DNA of 63,707 bases from a virus, in IMG/VR virus record IMGVR_UViG_3300018719_000005, positions 1 to 63,707 of that record. One strand, 5' to 3'. The notes beneath the pieces are model-generated. The model was not told where the DNA came from and did not search any database. It worked only from the letters and a program-made list of their open reading frames with translations. Positions 38,007 through 46,897 of the stretch are shown in pieces. The position numbers and the translations under genes are program-made. The number at the start of each line of letters is the position of its first letter. Within the stretch, counting starts at the first letter, position 1.

Positions 38007-38852
38007 CTATTTATCCCGGTGTAACTGATAGACCCTTGCTAATAATTCGCTGTCAAGTTTGTGCCAGTCCTTCAATTCCAATGTTTTACCTTCGTAGATA
38101 GGATCTTTATCCCAATGGTGTATTGTACGGGTATCATCGCTGTCAATAAACAATGATCCATCATCAAACAAGGCATGACAATTTGGACAAAGTACAATTT
38201 CGTTTCTGTGGTTTGGTGATACTAACGCTCCTCCCAAACCAACAGGCTCTAAATGGTGGACTACAACTTTTGAACCGTTTCGCCCTAAAACATTATGATT
38301 TTGATCAACTTGACAACGATATCCGTAAGCCTCTTTTAGCTTTCTAAGTTCTGGTGCATACCTGACAAGTCGGTTTATGGTTGTCATCTTTCTTTTTGCA
38401 AACGTAGTCGTAAAAGTATTTGGTTCTGTTGGTCTTTGATTTATTTCTTCTGCTGAAGTTGGGATTAACTTATAGACTAACTTTAGATTTCCATCATGAC
38501 CGATCACTGTGTCCAGATCGATTATTCTCCAAAAGCCCCAATCCCTATAACGATTGTCTCCGCCTGCAAACACTCTAACTGGAATTTGATCCTCAAAATT
38601 TAGACTAAGTGCTTTGTTGTCATAATCCTCTAAAGTTTGATCTTTATCTTTTCCTCTTCCATGATAGGTTAGAGTCAAATCCTCGTCTAAGTTGTCTTCA
38701 TAATTTGGTCGTGTCTCACCAACATTAGTTATAATGCTCGCTGCGTATTTTGAATCTCTTGGTTTATATATTCCCATCTGTTGTTTATGCCCGCGATTCC
38801 TAATTTCTTCATAGGTAATGATCGGCATATCAAAATAGTCTTTTTTAATCAT
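38007..38852 (-). CDS. SRA/YDG-like domain + HNH nuclease (type IV restriction-like)
   Basis: GIYKPRDSKYAASIITNVGE..YEDNLDEDLTLTYHGRGKDKDQ parallels the SRA core of 54392-55600. HNH motif: VVVHHLEPVGLGG...LCPNCHALF. Confidence 0.7.
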   Translation of the reverse strand: MIKKDYFDMPIITYEEIRNRGHKQQMGIYKPRDSKYAASIITNVGETRPNYEDNLDEDLTLTYHGRGKDKDQTLEDYDNKALSLNFEDQIPVRVFAGGDNRYRDWGFWRIIDLDTVIGHDGNLKLVYKLIPTSAEEINQRPTEPNTFTTTFAKRKMTTINRLVRYAPELRKLKEAYGYRCQVDQNHNVLGRNGSKVVVHHLEPVGLGGALVSPNHRNEIVLCPNCHALFDDGSLFIDSDDTRTIHHWDKDPIYEGKTLELKDWHKLDSELLARVYQLHRDK

Positions 38853-39390
38853 TAACAACACCTGCCTTGTAGTGCGTGTGATTTTTTTCTAAGGACTCTA
38901 GAAGAATTTTTGCCAATCCTAAGTCGCTTTCTATTTTTTCTAAACGGGACTTACTGTCCTTTTCTTTTATTAAACATTCTACTATTCCAATAAGTACTAA
39001 CGAGTTTGATAGTCTGTCATGTTTTATTATGGCGGAGACTCCGTAGCAAAGAGAAATCACTATAACAAACATGAATAATATATACATTGTAAATACAACT
39101 TGGTCATTCAAAGACTCATCAATTTTCGCTAAAAATTGAATGAAACCTAAAAATATTGTATTCAATGCGGCAATACAACTTATCATTAGTGACAGTGGAG
39201 AAACATTCTTTTGAACTTCTATATATGCAGTTAAATACGATTTAAACATCTCTAATTCTTCTTTAGTTGGAAAGTTATCTTTCAAATTATTCTTTGAGTC
39301 AAGCCACGACAGTTTACGAGATTGTTTAATAATTACGTAATATTCATCTGGCATGTTCGGTAGATCATACATAAATTTTAATAGTCCCAC
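38845..39390 (-). CDS. Two-TM membrane protein, 8-nt overlap with the HNH gene
   Basis: TM helices LSLMISCIAALNTIFLGFIQFL and VVFTMYILFMFVIVISLCYGVSAII. Confidence 0.6.
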   Translation of the reverse strand: MGLLKFMYDLPNMPDEYYVIIKQSRKLSWLDSKNNLKDNFPTKEELEMFKSYLTAYIEVQKNVSPLSLMISCIAALNTIFLGFIQFLAKIDESLNDQVVFTMYILFMFVIVISLCYGVSAIIKHDRLSNSLVLIGIVECLIKEKDSKSRLEKIESDLGLAKILLESLEKNHTHYKAGVVND

Positions 39391-39474
39391 GTGTACCCCT
39401 CACTTACTAAATAATTTCAACTTACTTAAATTTGATAATAATTCTGCCAGAAAAAAGAAAGGACGACCACATTT

Positions 39475-39930
39475 TTATACGGCCGTCTTCTCATCTTTAT
39501 TTAAGACCTCAAGGCCAAGCATAAACGCCAACTTATAAAATGCCTCTCCCTTTACCCGGTAATATTGCCTCTCGCTCATTCCGAGCTCTGGCCAGGTAAG
39601 GTAATCCGTAGTTGTTTCATCTTCCAGGTACCGCCTTATGATGATCTCCCTTTCACGCCTGTTAAGCTTGCTTACAGCGCGCTCCACTCTCTCAGTCAGA
39701 ACCCGTAACCGTTCCTCGTTTGCCACGTTCCAGACCGCGCATTCCTCTACCGGTGCGCTTGTTTTATTTGTCCGGCCGTGGAAGCGCGGCTCATAATTCG
39801 GTGTGTTGCTTATCTCTCTACGGACAAAGCCGATCTGTTTATAAATTCGTACTGTCTCTAGGGCTTCTTCTACTCGTCTCTGTGTCTCTTTACGATCGAT
39901 ATTAGGTAGAAAGGACAGTTGTGTGCTCAT
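39475..39930 (-). CDS. ArpU-family late transcriptional regulator
   Basis: Start at ATG 39930 (MSTQLSFLP). Motifs: IDRKETQRRVEEALETVRIYK ... LNRREREIIIRRYLEDE. Confidence 0.75.
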   Translation of the reverse strand: MSTQLSFLPNIDRKETQRRVEEALETVRIYKQIGFVRREISNTPNYEPRFHGRTNKTSAPVEECAVWNVANEERLRVLTERVERAVSKLNRREREIIIRRYLEDETTTDYLTWPELGMSERQYYRVKGEAFYKLAFMLGLEVLNKDEKTAV

Positions 39931-39950
39931 CTTCCTTTTCCCCCTTGCCA

Positions 39951-39959
39951 TGGTATAAT
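39951..39959 (+). promoter_or_regulatory. Extended -10 element TGGTATAAT
   Basis: Perfect TGnTATAAT about 58 nt upstream of the small plus-strand ORF at 40017. Confidence 0.35.
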
Positions 39960-40016
39960 GTGGGTAACGAACGCACATTTGCTCCCAGCTCGGGGGCATT
40001 CTTTTTGGAGGTACAA

Positions 40017-40127
40017 ATGCCTGAAATTAACCTTATCCCTCAAGATTGGAAAGCGTACCTTGTTCTCGGGACGATCGCTGCTATGTTCATCATTCCAACA
40101 TGGGGTTACATCACAAGCAAGAGATAA
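40017..40127 (+). CDS. 36-aa single-TM peptide
   Basis: SD GGAGGT lies 5 nt before the ATG. Sequence: MPEINLIPQDWKAYLVLGTIAAMFIIPTWGYITSKR. Confidence 0.3.
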   Translation: MPEINLIPQDWKAYLVLGTIAAMFIIPTWGYITSKR

Positions 40128-40184
40128 CCAATGGAGGCCACGTTCATTTTCAAAGGAATGTGGTTTTTCTCTTTATCCAATGAG

Positions 40185-40580
40185 TTAAATGTCACCAATG
40201 CTTTTCAAAATCTCTTTCGCCTCATTATCAAACTCATTGTATTTTTCCATAATATTTGGCTGGTACGCTATTCTTTGCAGTTCAGGAGTTATCTCCTTGA
40301 TTATCTCTAAAGGTAATTTTTTAATTAGCAAGAAAAAGCACGTATATTGCCAGCCTTCATCGCCTGATTCTAAAGCCTTCTTTAATTCAGGAACAATATC
40401 TCTCCCACAAGAGATCAGGATATTTACTATTTCTCTAGCAACTGGCCAGTTACTATCCTGAATCCATTCAAACAAGTCAGGTAAGATTGGTTTTATTGTT
40501 GAAGGTTCCAAATTCTTTAATTTCTCTACACTCTCAATATCATACTTGTCTCTAGGTATTAAAGATTTAAGATCGATCAT
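40185..40580 (-). CDS. DUF5071-like protein (immunity-protein-like helical repeat)
   Basis: Motif: LFEWIQDSNWPVAREIVNILISCG. Confidence 0.6.
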   Translation of the reverse strand: MIDLKSLIPRDKYDIESVEKLKNLEPSTIKPILPDLFEWIQDSNWPVAREIVNILISCGRDIVPELKKALESGDEGWQYTCFFLLIKKLPLEIIKEITPELQRIAYQPNIMEKYNEFDNEAKEILKSIGDI

Positions 40581-40674
40581 CAGAATGCTCCCTCCATATT
40601 CTCTTTTGAGCTAATTTTAGTATTGAATAATAGGGACGCTTATCACAAGTTTCAATATGTCAAACGACTTTCTG

Positions 40675-40788
40675 TTAATCGTCTTGGTCTTCTTTTTTAG
40701 GTTTATCTGCGCCACACTCATGGCAAACTTCAACGCCCCACCTTGGTCCACTAACCCAAAAGTCCTCACCACATTGCGGACATTTCAT
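40675..40788 (-). CDS. 37-aa zinc-ribbon protein (below the ORF-track cutoff)
   Basis: SD GGGAGGT lies 9 nt before ATG 40788. Sequence: MKCPQCGEDFWVSGPRWGVEVCHECGADKPKKEDQDD. Confidence 0.45.
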   Translation of the reverse strand: MKCPQCGEDFWVSGPRWGVEVCHECGADKPKKEDQDD

Positions 40789-40905
40789 GTCATTACTACC
40801 TCCCATTCATCACATGTAATGTTGAGATAAATTGTTTATCCATATTGTCAATTAAGCCACTTGTTGTTACCATCACAGATGTATATCCATTTTTTTACAT
40901 GAAGG

Positions 40906-41193
40906 ATGAGTACAATGAACCAATCTTTTCAGGCAGTGATATTTTCAATCGTAGTACATACCTTATACTATTTTTTCGATTGGACTTATCCTTTCATAGA
41001 CGATTTTTTAGATTACCTAAAACTTAAATATCACGGATACAAGGTCGTTTCGTCCACTGTCGTTGAATTTACGTGTGATGATTGCCCACCTGATTACAGT
41101 CCCTACTTTCAATTTTTCTTTACTTTTATTATCGTTACCCTGATGTTTCCACTAGTTAAACGACTCTACTTAAAAGCTAGATCACTAAAATGA
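40906..41193 (+). CDS. Small membrane protein (start 40906 or 40915)
   Basis: Two hydrophobic helices. SD GAAGGA lies before ATG 40915. Confidence 0.45.
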   Translation: MSTMNQSFQAVIFSIVVHTLYYFFDWTYPFIDDFLDYLKLKYHGYKVVSSTVVEFTCDDCPPDYSPYFQFFFTFIIVTLMFPLVKRLYLKARSLK

Positions 41194-41303
41194 TGAATCC
41201 ATTTATCACATCGTGTGTTGAGTGTAATAGGTCTTATGTTCCGTTACCGCGCCAAAAAATTGTAGTAAATTTAGATGTAAAGTGACTTAAAAGGAGAATA
41301 ACC

Positions 41304-41546
41304 TTGAAAAAGAGAGTGACAGCTTTACTTGTTGCTTTATTCCTTCCTCTACTCATGTTTAGCATTGATTGTGTACTGGCTATTAATGACAACCCACCCG
41401 TTTTTGCAATAAGGACGCACCTTTATAAAGATGGCGGCACTTCAATTTATCAAGGTTTAGGTTATAAGGTAATCGACTATAACCAAATAGATGGGCGCAA
41501 AGATGTCGTATTCAATTCATTTTTCTATTCAAAAGGCAAGGAATAA
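41304..41546 (+). CDS. Small secreted protein
   Basis: SD AAAGGAG lies 7 nt before TTG 41304. Signal-like LLVALFLPLLMFSIDCVLA. Confidence 0.55.
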   Translation: MKKRVTALLVALFLPLLMFSIDCVLAINDNPPVFAIRTHLYKDGGTSIYQGLGYKVIDYNQIDGRKDVVFNSFFYSKGKE

Positions 41547-41574
41547 CTAACTATTTTACATATTGTGAGTTGAG

Positions 41575-41676
41575 TTAAATCAGATCGTCGCCAATCAAGC
41601 AAGCTTCGCACATTTCTGCCTCTTCGACTGCAAAGCGATCCACCTTGTCGCCGCAGAAAACGCAGGCTTTTTCCAT
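41575..41676 (-). CDS. 33-aa Cys-rich peptide
   Basis: MEKACVFCGDKVDRFAVEEAEMCEACLIGDDLI. A GGGGG tract lies 8 nt upstream. Confidence 0.3.
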   Translation of the reverse strand: MEKACVFCGDKVDRFAVEEAEMCEACLIGDDLI

Positions 41677-41711
41677 CGTCATTACCCCCGTTCCTCACAA
41701 AAACTGTTGAG

Positions 41712-41996
41712 TTAAACGATCTTGAAACCTTGCCTCTTATAAATCTCAATAGCGTTTTCTGGTGCATACTTAGATGATGACCATTTCTTGCTGTCTATTT
41801 CTTCCTTATGCGCTTCTGCAAAGTAGGCAAAGCCGAATGTATCAACTGCAAATAACATGTACTCGTCAGAAGACCGAGACTCGCATTCTGTATTAGGGCA
41901 TTGTGCCCCAACGTACTCCATCCGCTCTCCGTTTTGCTGGTACTGATTGTGCCAAAAGAATAATCCGCAACACGGGCAGTAATATTCTCGCTTCAT
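41712..41996 (-). CDS. Zinc-ribbon-containing small protein
   Basis: CPCCG...CPNTEC. It is preceded by repeated initiation cassette copy A. Confidence 0.55.
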   Translation of the reverse strand: MKREYYCPCCGLFFWHNQYQQNGERMEYVGAQCPNTECESRSSDEYMLFAVDTFGFAYFAEAHKEEIDSKKWSSSKYAPENAIEIYKRQGFKIV

Positions 41997-42119
41997 CCTA
42001 TTCCTCCGTTCTCCTCAATTACCGTTGTGTTTAGTGAACAATTTTGGGGATCAAGTTTACGAAACCTCCATCATTTTCAAACGTATTAAACTTCATTACC
42101 AGTAAAGGAGGGTTTCTTA

Positions 42120-42284
42120 ATGATTAATAAACTTATTCGAGTCCTGTTGGCGTTTTTGAGCATTCTTTTGGTCAGTATGTTTTCTGAAAGTCATATGCTC
42201 CGATACGGATTAGGTCTTGCTATTTCTTTCTTCATTTTTGAACCGATGTTTACCAAAGTATTTAATAGAGACTTATCAAAATAA
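42120..42284 (+). CDS. 54-aa two-TM peptide
   Basis: SD AAAGGAGGG lies 7 nt before ATG 42120. Confidence 0.35.
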   Translation: MINKLIRVLLAFLSILLVSMFSESHMLRYGLGLAISFFIFEPMFTKVFNRDLSK

Positions 42285-42297
42285 CTATTGAGTCGAG

Positions 42298-42507
42298 TCA
42301 ATATGTTACATCCCATAAATTTGACTGAAGCCAGGCTAAAGCATCTCTTTTTGATAGATGCTTTAACTCTTGATTTTTGTTTCCAATTTTCCATTTTGTA
42401 TCCAAGTAATACTTATCTCCGATTTTGTAAAGTTTCCTTAGACATAACTCTGAGTCCTGAGTAAAAGAACCATAATTGTTAATCAAAAACGATGCATCCA
42501 TGTTCAT
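42298..42507 (-). CDS. Hypothetical protein (69 aa)
   Basis: SD GGGAGGAG upstream of ATG 42507. Confidence 0.5.
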   Translation of the reverse strand: MNMDASFLINNYGSFTQDSELCLRKLYKIGDKYYLDTKWKIGNKNQELKHLSKRDALAWLQSNLWDVTY

Positions 42508-42555
42508 TCTGGCAACTCCTCCCTTTTTCCTTATGCTAGTTGTGGCAAATGACTT

Positions 42556-42732
42556 TTATGGATGCTCAGTTAATACAGTTCGAACGTCCAGCAAATCTCC
42601 GTTATCCCACTCCAACTCTTCGTGGATATCGTTGATTTCTTCGATATTCCCCTCACGGTCAAGTACAACGGTTGCGATCTCCGTGACCGTTCTTGTGATT
42701 TTTGCTTTTACGATCCTCGGTTTTCCACTCAT
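42556..42732 (-). CDS. Hypothetical protein (58 aa)
   Basis: ATG 42732 is preceded by repeated initiation cassette copy B. Confidence 0.5.
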   Translation of the reverse strand: MSGKPRIVKAKITRTVTEIATVVLDREGNIEEINDIHEELEWDNGDLLDVRTVLTEHP

Positions 42733-42838
42733 GTTCTTTCCTCCCGTTCTCCTCAATACAGATTGTGACAAATGACCAGAAACTCAATTCTCACCAGTAC
42801 GTATTAAGATGTATCTCGTTGAAAAGGAGATACTTTTT

Positions 42839-43078
42839 ATGAGTCTGTTTTCGCTTTTCTCAAAATACAAAGTTTTAGTGTATACATCCTTTGGGAGTGA
42901 AAACTACTTTAGAGTAATCACCAAGCTGCAGTCTCATGGCGTGAAATATCGTACTGAAACATTCAATAACAGTTACAACTCCTCACATTTCCAGGGACGT
43001 GTAGACAACACACAGTATGATATTTATGTAAAACCTGAAGATGAGCATAAGGCTCAACAAGCAATTCATAGTAAGTGA
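42839..43078 (+). CDS. Hypothetical protein (79 aa)
   Basis: SD AAGGAG lies 9 nt before ATG 42839. Confidence 0.5.
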   Translation: MSLFSLFSKYKVLVYTSFGSENYFRVITKLQSHGVKYRTETFNNSYNSSHFQGRVDNTQYDIYVKPEDEHKAQQAIHSK

Positions 43079-43161
43079 TGCGGAGGCATTTCTCCTATAG
43101 TCTAGTCTCCACTTTTTTGTCCCAACTCCCTATGGTAGCCTAATCAAAAGGAGTTGAAGTT

Positions 43162-43383
43162 ATGGATAAATCATTTTACTACCTTGTCACCTGGGATGAA
43201 GCAAGTTACCTCAGACAAACACTCGAGGAACTAGGGATTGAACACGCTGTAGAGTCCTCAAGCGAATCCATTTCAATCCCTGATGGCCGACTTGCTATTG
43301 TCTTCCCGGACCTACACGTTCGAGCGTACAATACTGTTCGTGAGCTTTTTGAGGGAGATCATTGGTTGCCTTATCCATCGTGA
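43162..43383 (+). CDS. Small protein, paralogue of 44300-44500
   Basis: Shared motifs with the paralogue: KSFYYLV, VFPDL, YN.VR.LF.GDHW.PYPS. Confidence 0.55.
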   Translation: MDKSFYYLVTWDEASYLRQTLEELGIEHAVESSSESISIPDGRLAIVFPDLHVRAYNTVRELFEGDHWLPYPS

Positions 43384-43588
43384 TAATGCTCATCCTTTTT
43401 CCTCATATAATGTAGTTTTAAACATTGTTATTCAACATCCAGAAACTATAAAGGAAAAGCTTTGAGATGGAAGTACCCCTTGCAGAAATTTTATGAGCCA
43501 TTTTATCCCCCTGTTCTCCTCAATATAGATTGTCTTAATCAAACTTTCCTGTAACATAGAAAAGGCATAATTTATGAGGTGATAATCA

Positions 43589-43912
43589 ATGTTTAGATCT
43601 TTATTTAAAGCATGGGCGATTACGAACGTTGAAAATCTAATTTCACGAAAAGTTTCTACTGAATTTGTTATTAGAAAGGATATTGATGTTGAGAAATTAC
43701 TTGATCCTTCTACCGTTATTCGACATGAGTCCGAGAATTGTGTAGGTCAAGTGATTGTTTGGGAATCTGGTCAATTGGAATATCAGGTTGTACATATCCA
43801 AACCGAAGAACAATTGTTATGGAATTACATTGAAAAACTTAGCGAAAACCCAAATTTTGATGAAATAACGACTGAGTACTTTAAAGTGCTCATATCTGGC
43901 TTGAAGAATTAA
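43589..43912 (+). CDS. Hypothetical protein (107 aa)
   Basis: ORF with GAGGTGA upstream. Confidence 0.5.
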   Translation: MFRSLFKAWAITNVENLISRKVSTEFVIRKDIDVEKLLDPSTVIRHESENCVGQVIVWESGQLEYQVVHIQTEEQLLWNYIEKLSENPNFDEITTEYFKVLISGLKN

Positions 43913-44127
43913 TTTCTATTCAGCTCGAGCACATCGCAGCTGTACTTTGCCCAAAGGTGGTAGTTGCCGCGGCAGTCAAACCATTTGACATAGACCTGCT
44001 TGCCGGACAGGGACACGTCTTCAACTATTCCGTTGTTCAGCGATTGATACCAGTGGTTATTTCCGGTGCTCTTTTTATGGCGAACTCGATCGCCTTTTTT
44101 TAATCCGTTCAGTGCCTCAGTCCTCAT
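43909..44127 (-). CDS. Hypothetical protein (72 aa)
   Basis: ORF with GGAGGA upstream. Confidence 0.5.
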   Translation of the reverse strand: MRTEALNGLKKGDRVRHKKSTGNNHWYQSLNNGIVEDVSLSGKQVYVKWFDCRGNYHLWAKYSCDVLELNRN

Positions 44128-44299
44128 TTTTATCCTCCGTACGCCTCAGAGTGTGAAAAGCACAACTTGAAATCGTCTTCCACCGACTGCTTTGATCTTT
44201 GCCATTTCGCGTATTGGTTCGACTTAATTCATTTAGCTCTCCGCCGGTATTTTTGTCCCAATTGCCAATAGTAATATTGGTAAGAGGAGTGTGATTTCA

Positions 44300-44500
44300 A
44301 TGAAGAAATCGTTTTACTATTTGGTTCCAAAAGACAGATCTTTCGCTGTGAGTTTTAAATTAAACGAACGAAGTATCCCTTATGCCCTCGAAAGAAAGGG
44401 TAAGCAAAGCGCCTTTGTTTTTCCGGATCTCCCTGTCGGTCAATACAATGTCGTCCGCCAACTATTCGGTGGAGATCATTGGCATCCTTACCCTTCTTAA
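44300..44500 (+). CDS. Small protein, paralogue of 43162-43383
   Basis: SD GAGGAG lies 9 nt before ATG 44300. It has the conserved C-terminal GDHWHPYPS. Confidence 0.55.
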   Translation: MKKSFYYLVPKDRSFAVSFKLNERSIPYALERKGKQSAFVFPDLPVGQYNVVRQLFGGDHWHPYPS

Positions 44501-44688
44501 GTTTATTTACTACTGTTCCACGATCGTCCACTTCCGACGATGTTTGTATTAACTTTGGCCAGCGTCCCGGACCGATTAATATGTTCCGATACATCCTTGC
44601 TTAGAATTCTGTACTTTCTCCACGGATGATTGGGTGCTGGCTTATGTGCTCGAGAGTTACTCATCTTCCTTACTCCCCCGTTTTCTCT

Positions 44689-45084
44689 TTAAGCAATACT
44701 TTCTGATTGTCGATAGAAACGAATCTCTACCCTTGGGTTATGCTTGTCGACTTGGAAGTCCATGTACCGTGGTAGCAGCCAATGGTCATTTTCATAGACA
44801 ATGCCTTCTAGTGCGTCCCAAAGCAATTTCCCCACATTCTCCACGTCGCGCTTTCTGCGTGTCGGCCAGAAGATCATTACTTCAGCCACCAGTTTTTCAT
44901 CCCGGCTCATAATCCACTTTTGGCGGCTTATACATTCTCTCGCCAGCAACTGCACTTCCTTAACCCATCGCTGCCCTTCATTGGTTGTAATCCTCCGGTT
45001 GATGGCAATGTTCCGGTACACATGATTGATTGTCGGTGGATTACCAGGTATAACGAGATGAAGACTTTGACTCATCTTCTCCAC
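44689..45084 (-). CDS. rusA: RusA-family Holliday junction resolvase
   Basis: Motifs: IPGNPPTINHVYR ... DVENVGKLLWDALEGIVYENDHW. Confidence 0.8.
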   Translation of the reverse strand: MEKMSQSLHLVIPGNPPTINHVYRNIAINRRITTNEGQRWVKEVQLLARECISRQKWIMSRDEKLVAEVMIFWPTRRKRDVENVGKLLWDALEGIVYENDHWLLPRYMDFQVDKHNPRVEIRFYRQSESIA

Positions 45085-45086
45085 CC

Positions 45087-45845
45087 CTATGCCGGCAGTT
45101 TCTCGCCTTTGAATTTGTTCACGAAGTACATCTGGCCCTTACCAGTTACCTTTGTGGTTTTTGTTACTCGCACACTTCCATCAGGATTGTTGATGGTCCG
45201 GGTCTTGATCTCAAAGAGCCTTAAATCCATGGATCGCTGAGTCGGCATGTTATGGTGCTCACCTTTACGTCCCAGGTACCCTTGTTCCCTTAGAAGAGCA
45301 AAAAGGCGATTCTGGCCAATGTCGATACCGTTTTGTTTCAGAATCTTTGCCAGCTCACCGATCAAAATGCTGGTGTTAGACGTTTCCAAAGCTTCGGCAA
45401 AGATAACCTTGGGTCGGTCTAATTCGATTCTTTGCTCCGCGGCAATACGTTTATCACGTTCCTCTTTGAGCTTGGCTACTACGTCCAGAAGCAAATCAGG
45501 ATTGTCTAACAGCTCGTCTTTTGCGTACATTCCGTGTTTGCGAATCGAAGGCATAACATCATGGGTGATCCAGCGCTTAAAAGCTTTTGCTTCCGGTTTT
45601 CGGCTGGTAAGAATGAGCGAATAGAGACCAGGCTCATTTACAAGCCATACTTCTCGATTTTGACCTGATACGAATAGTGTTCGGGTCAGCTTTTCATCAT
45701 CGTCAAGCCTACTGACTGCCTTACTGGTATCGCTATGCTCAAGAACGTCACATACGTCTTTCGCAACAAACCAAGGCTCACCATTCTCGATGACCACTTG
45801 AATCTGTTTATTCTCGTAGTTGAAAATGTTTTGAAGTACCTGCAT
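45087..45845 (-). CDS. Antirepressor (BRO-N + KilAC domains)
   Basis: BRO-N motif: FNYENKQIQVVIENGEPWFVAKDVCDVLEH. The C-terminal half is KilAC-like. Confidence 0.8.
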   Translation of the reverse strand: MQVLQNIFNYENKQIQVVIENGEPWFVAKDVCDVLEHSDTSKAVSRLDDDEKLTRTLFVSGQNREVWLVNEPGLYSLILTSRKPEAKAFKRWITHDVMPSIRKHGMYAKDELLDNPDLLLDVVAKLKEERDKRIAAEQRIELDRPKVIFAEALETSNTSILIGELAKILKQNGIDIGQNRLFALLREQGYLGRKGEHHNMPTQRSMDLRLFEIKTRTINNPDGSVRVTKTTKVTGKGQMYFVNKFKGEKLPA

Positions 45846-45857
45846 GTATGATCCTCC

Positions 45858-46712
45858 TCACCGTGCCGTCCTTTTTCTAGCGTTTTCCAAAAGCTGCCTA
45901 AGCTCTGGGTCATCCATAACTGTTTGTTTCTCTCCTACAGCTATAGGTAATCCTTGTTTCTCACGTTCCATTTGTCGCTGAATGGAATCAGGGAGCTTGT
46001 CCGTAAGTACATGAACATTGCCCATTTTCCTGGCCGTGGTCGTCTTACCAACTTGCTGATGACCCTGTTTGGCTTGTAATTGCTCAAGCGTATAGATCTT
46101 CTCCTTATTCCAGCCATTAAGAATGACTAAAGCATAGGCGACGCTCTTTTTCTCTGACCTGCGTAAAGCTTCTTTCACCAGCTCAACATCCATCATGCCG
46201 ACAAATGAAATAAGCTCATCGAACTGAAAAGTCCCTTTGCAGGTAATCCCTAACCGGTTGATCATTTTTAGCAGCTCATCATGACCTGCAGATATATCAT
46301 CATTTGTTTCGTTTGGTTTAGTTTTATTTAGTTTAAATAATGTTCCCCTACCGTTTCCCTCTCCGTGTTCCGGTTGCGTCCCCTTCTGTATCCCCTCTTG
46401 ATTCCCTTCCTGTTTCCCCTTTTGAACAATCGGGAATGGCAAAAAACTATATTTGCCTGCTTGATTTACTCTTTGGGACTTTTTGTAGTTAATCAGGCCA
46501 AGGTTAATTAGTAACTGGCGAGCATTATCAAATTCTTTTTTACTCAACCCGGCAAATGATTGTAACACCGCATTAGCAACAGTAAATTCCGTCGGCCACC
46601 CAGCCTTATTGCAAATGGACATTAACTCGTACCATAATGCAATTGCGCTGGCAGGCAATGGGTTTACTTCCTTCCATCTGTGGAATGCCACAATCTGCTC
46701 AAGGTAGTTCAT
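45858..46712 (-). CDS. DnaD-domain replication initiation / replisome organiser protein
   Basis: The N-terminus resembles a replisome organiser. C-terminal motif: AYALVILNGWNKEKIYTLEQL. Confidence 0.7.
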   Translation of the reverse strand: MNYLEQIVAFHRWKEVNPLPASAIALWYELMSICNKAGWPTEFTVANAVLQSFAGLSKKEFDNARQLLINLGLINYKKSQRVNQAGKYSFLPFPIVQKGKQEGNQEGIQKGTQPEHGEGNGRGTLFKLNKTKPNETNDDISAGHDELLKMINRLGITCKGTFQFDELISFVGMMDVELVKEALRRSEKKSVAYALVILNGWNKEKIYTLEQLQAKQGHQQVGKTTTARKMGNVHVLTDKLPDSIQRQMEREKQGLPIAVGEKQTVMDDPELRQLLENARKRTAR

Positions 46713-46895
46713 TTACGCTCCCCCTTCCTTTGTAGAAATCCATTCAGCCAAAACACGATAATTTCTGATTTTCACTGGCTTCCACCCCGGATGTCGTACT
46801 TTCATATAGGCTGCTGCAAATCGTTTCAATGTCTCCGGATTCTCTATCACTCGGTAAAAATTTGGGAGTGGAAACCATTGTTCAACGGGTCGCAT
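46713..46895 (-). CDS. Hypothetical protein (60 aa)
   Basis: Fills the gap between the recT and dnaD-like genes exactly. Confidence 0.45.
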   Translation of the reverse strand: MRPVEQWFPLPNFYRVIENPETLKRFAAAYMKVRHPGWKPVKIRNYRVLAEWISTKEGGA

Positions 46896-46897
46896 TC

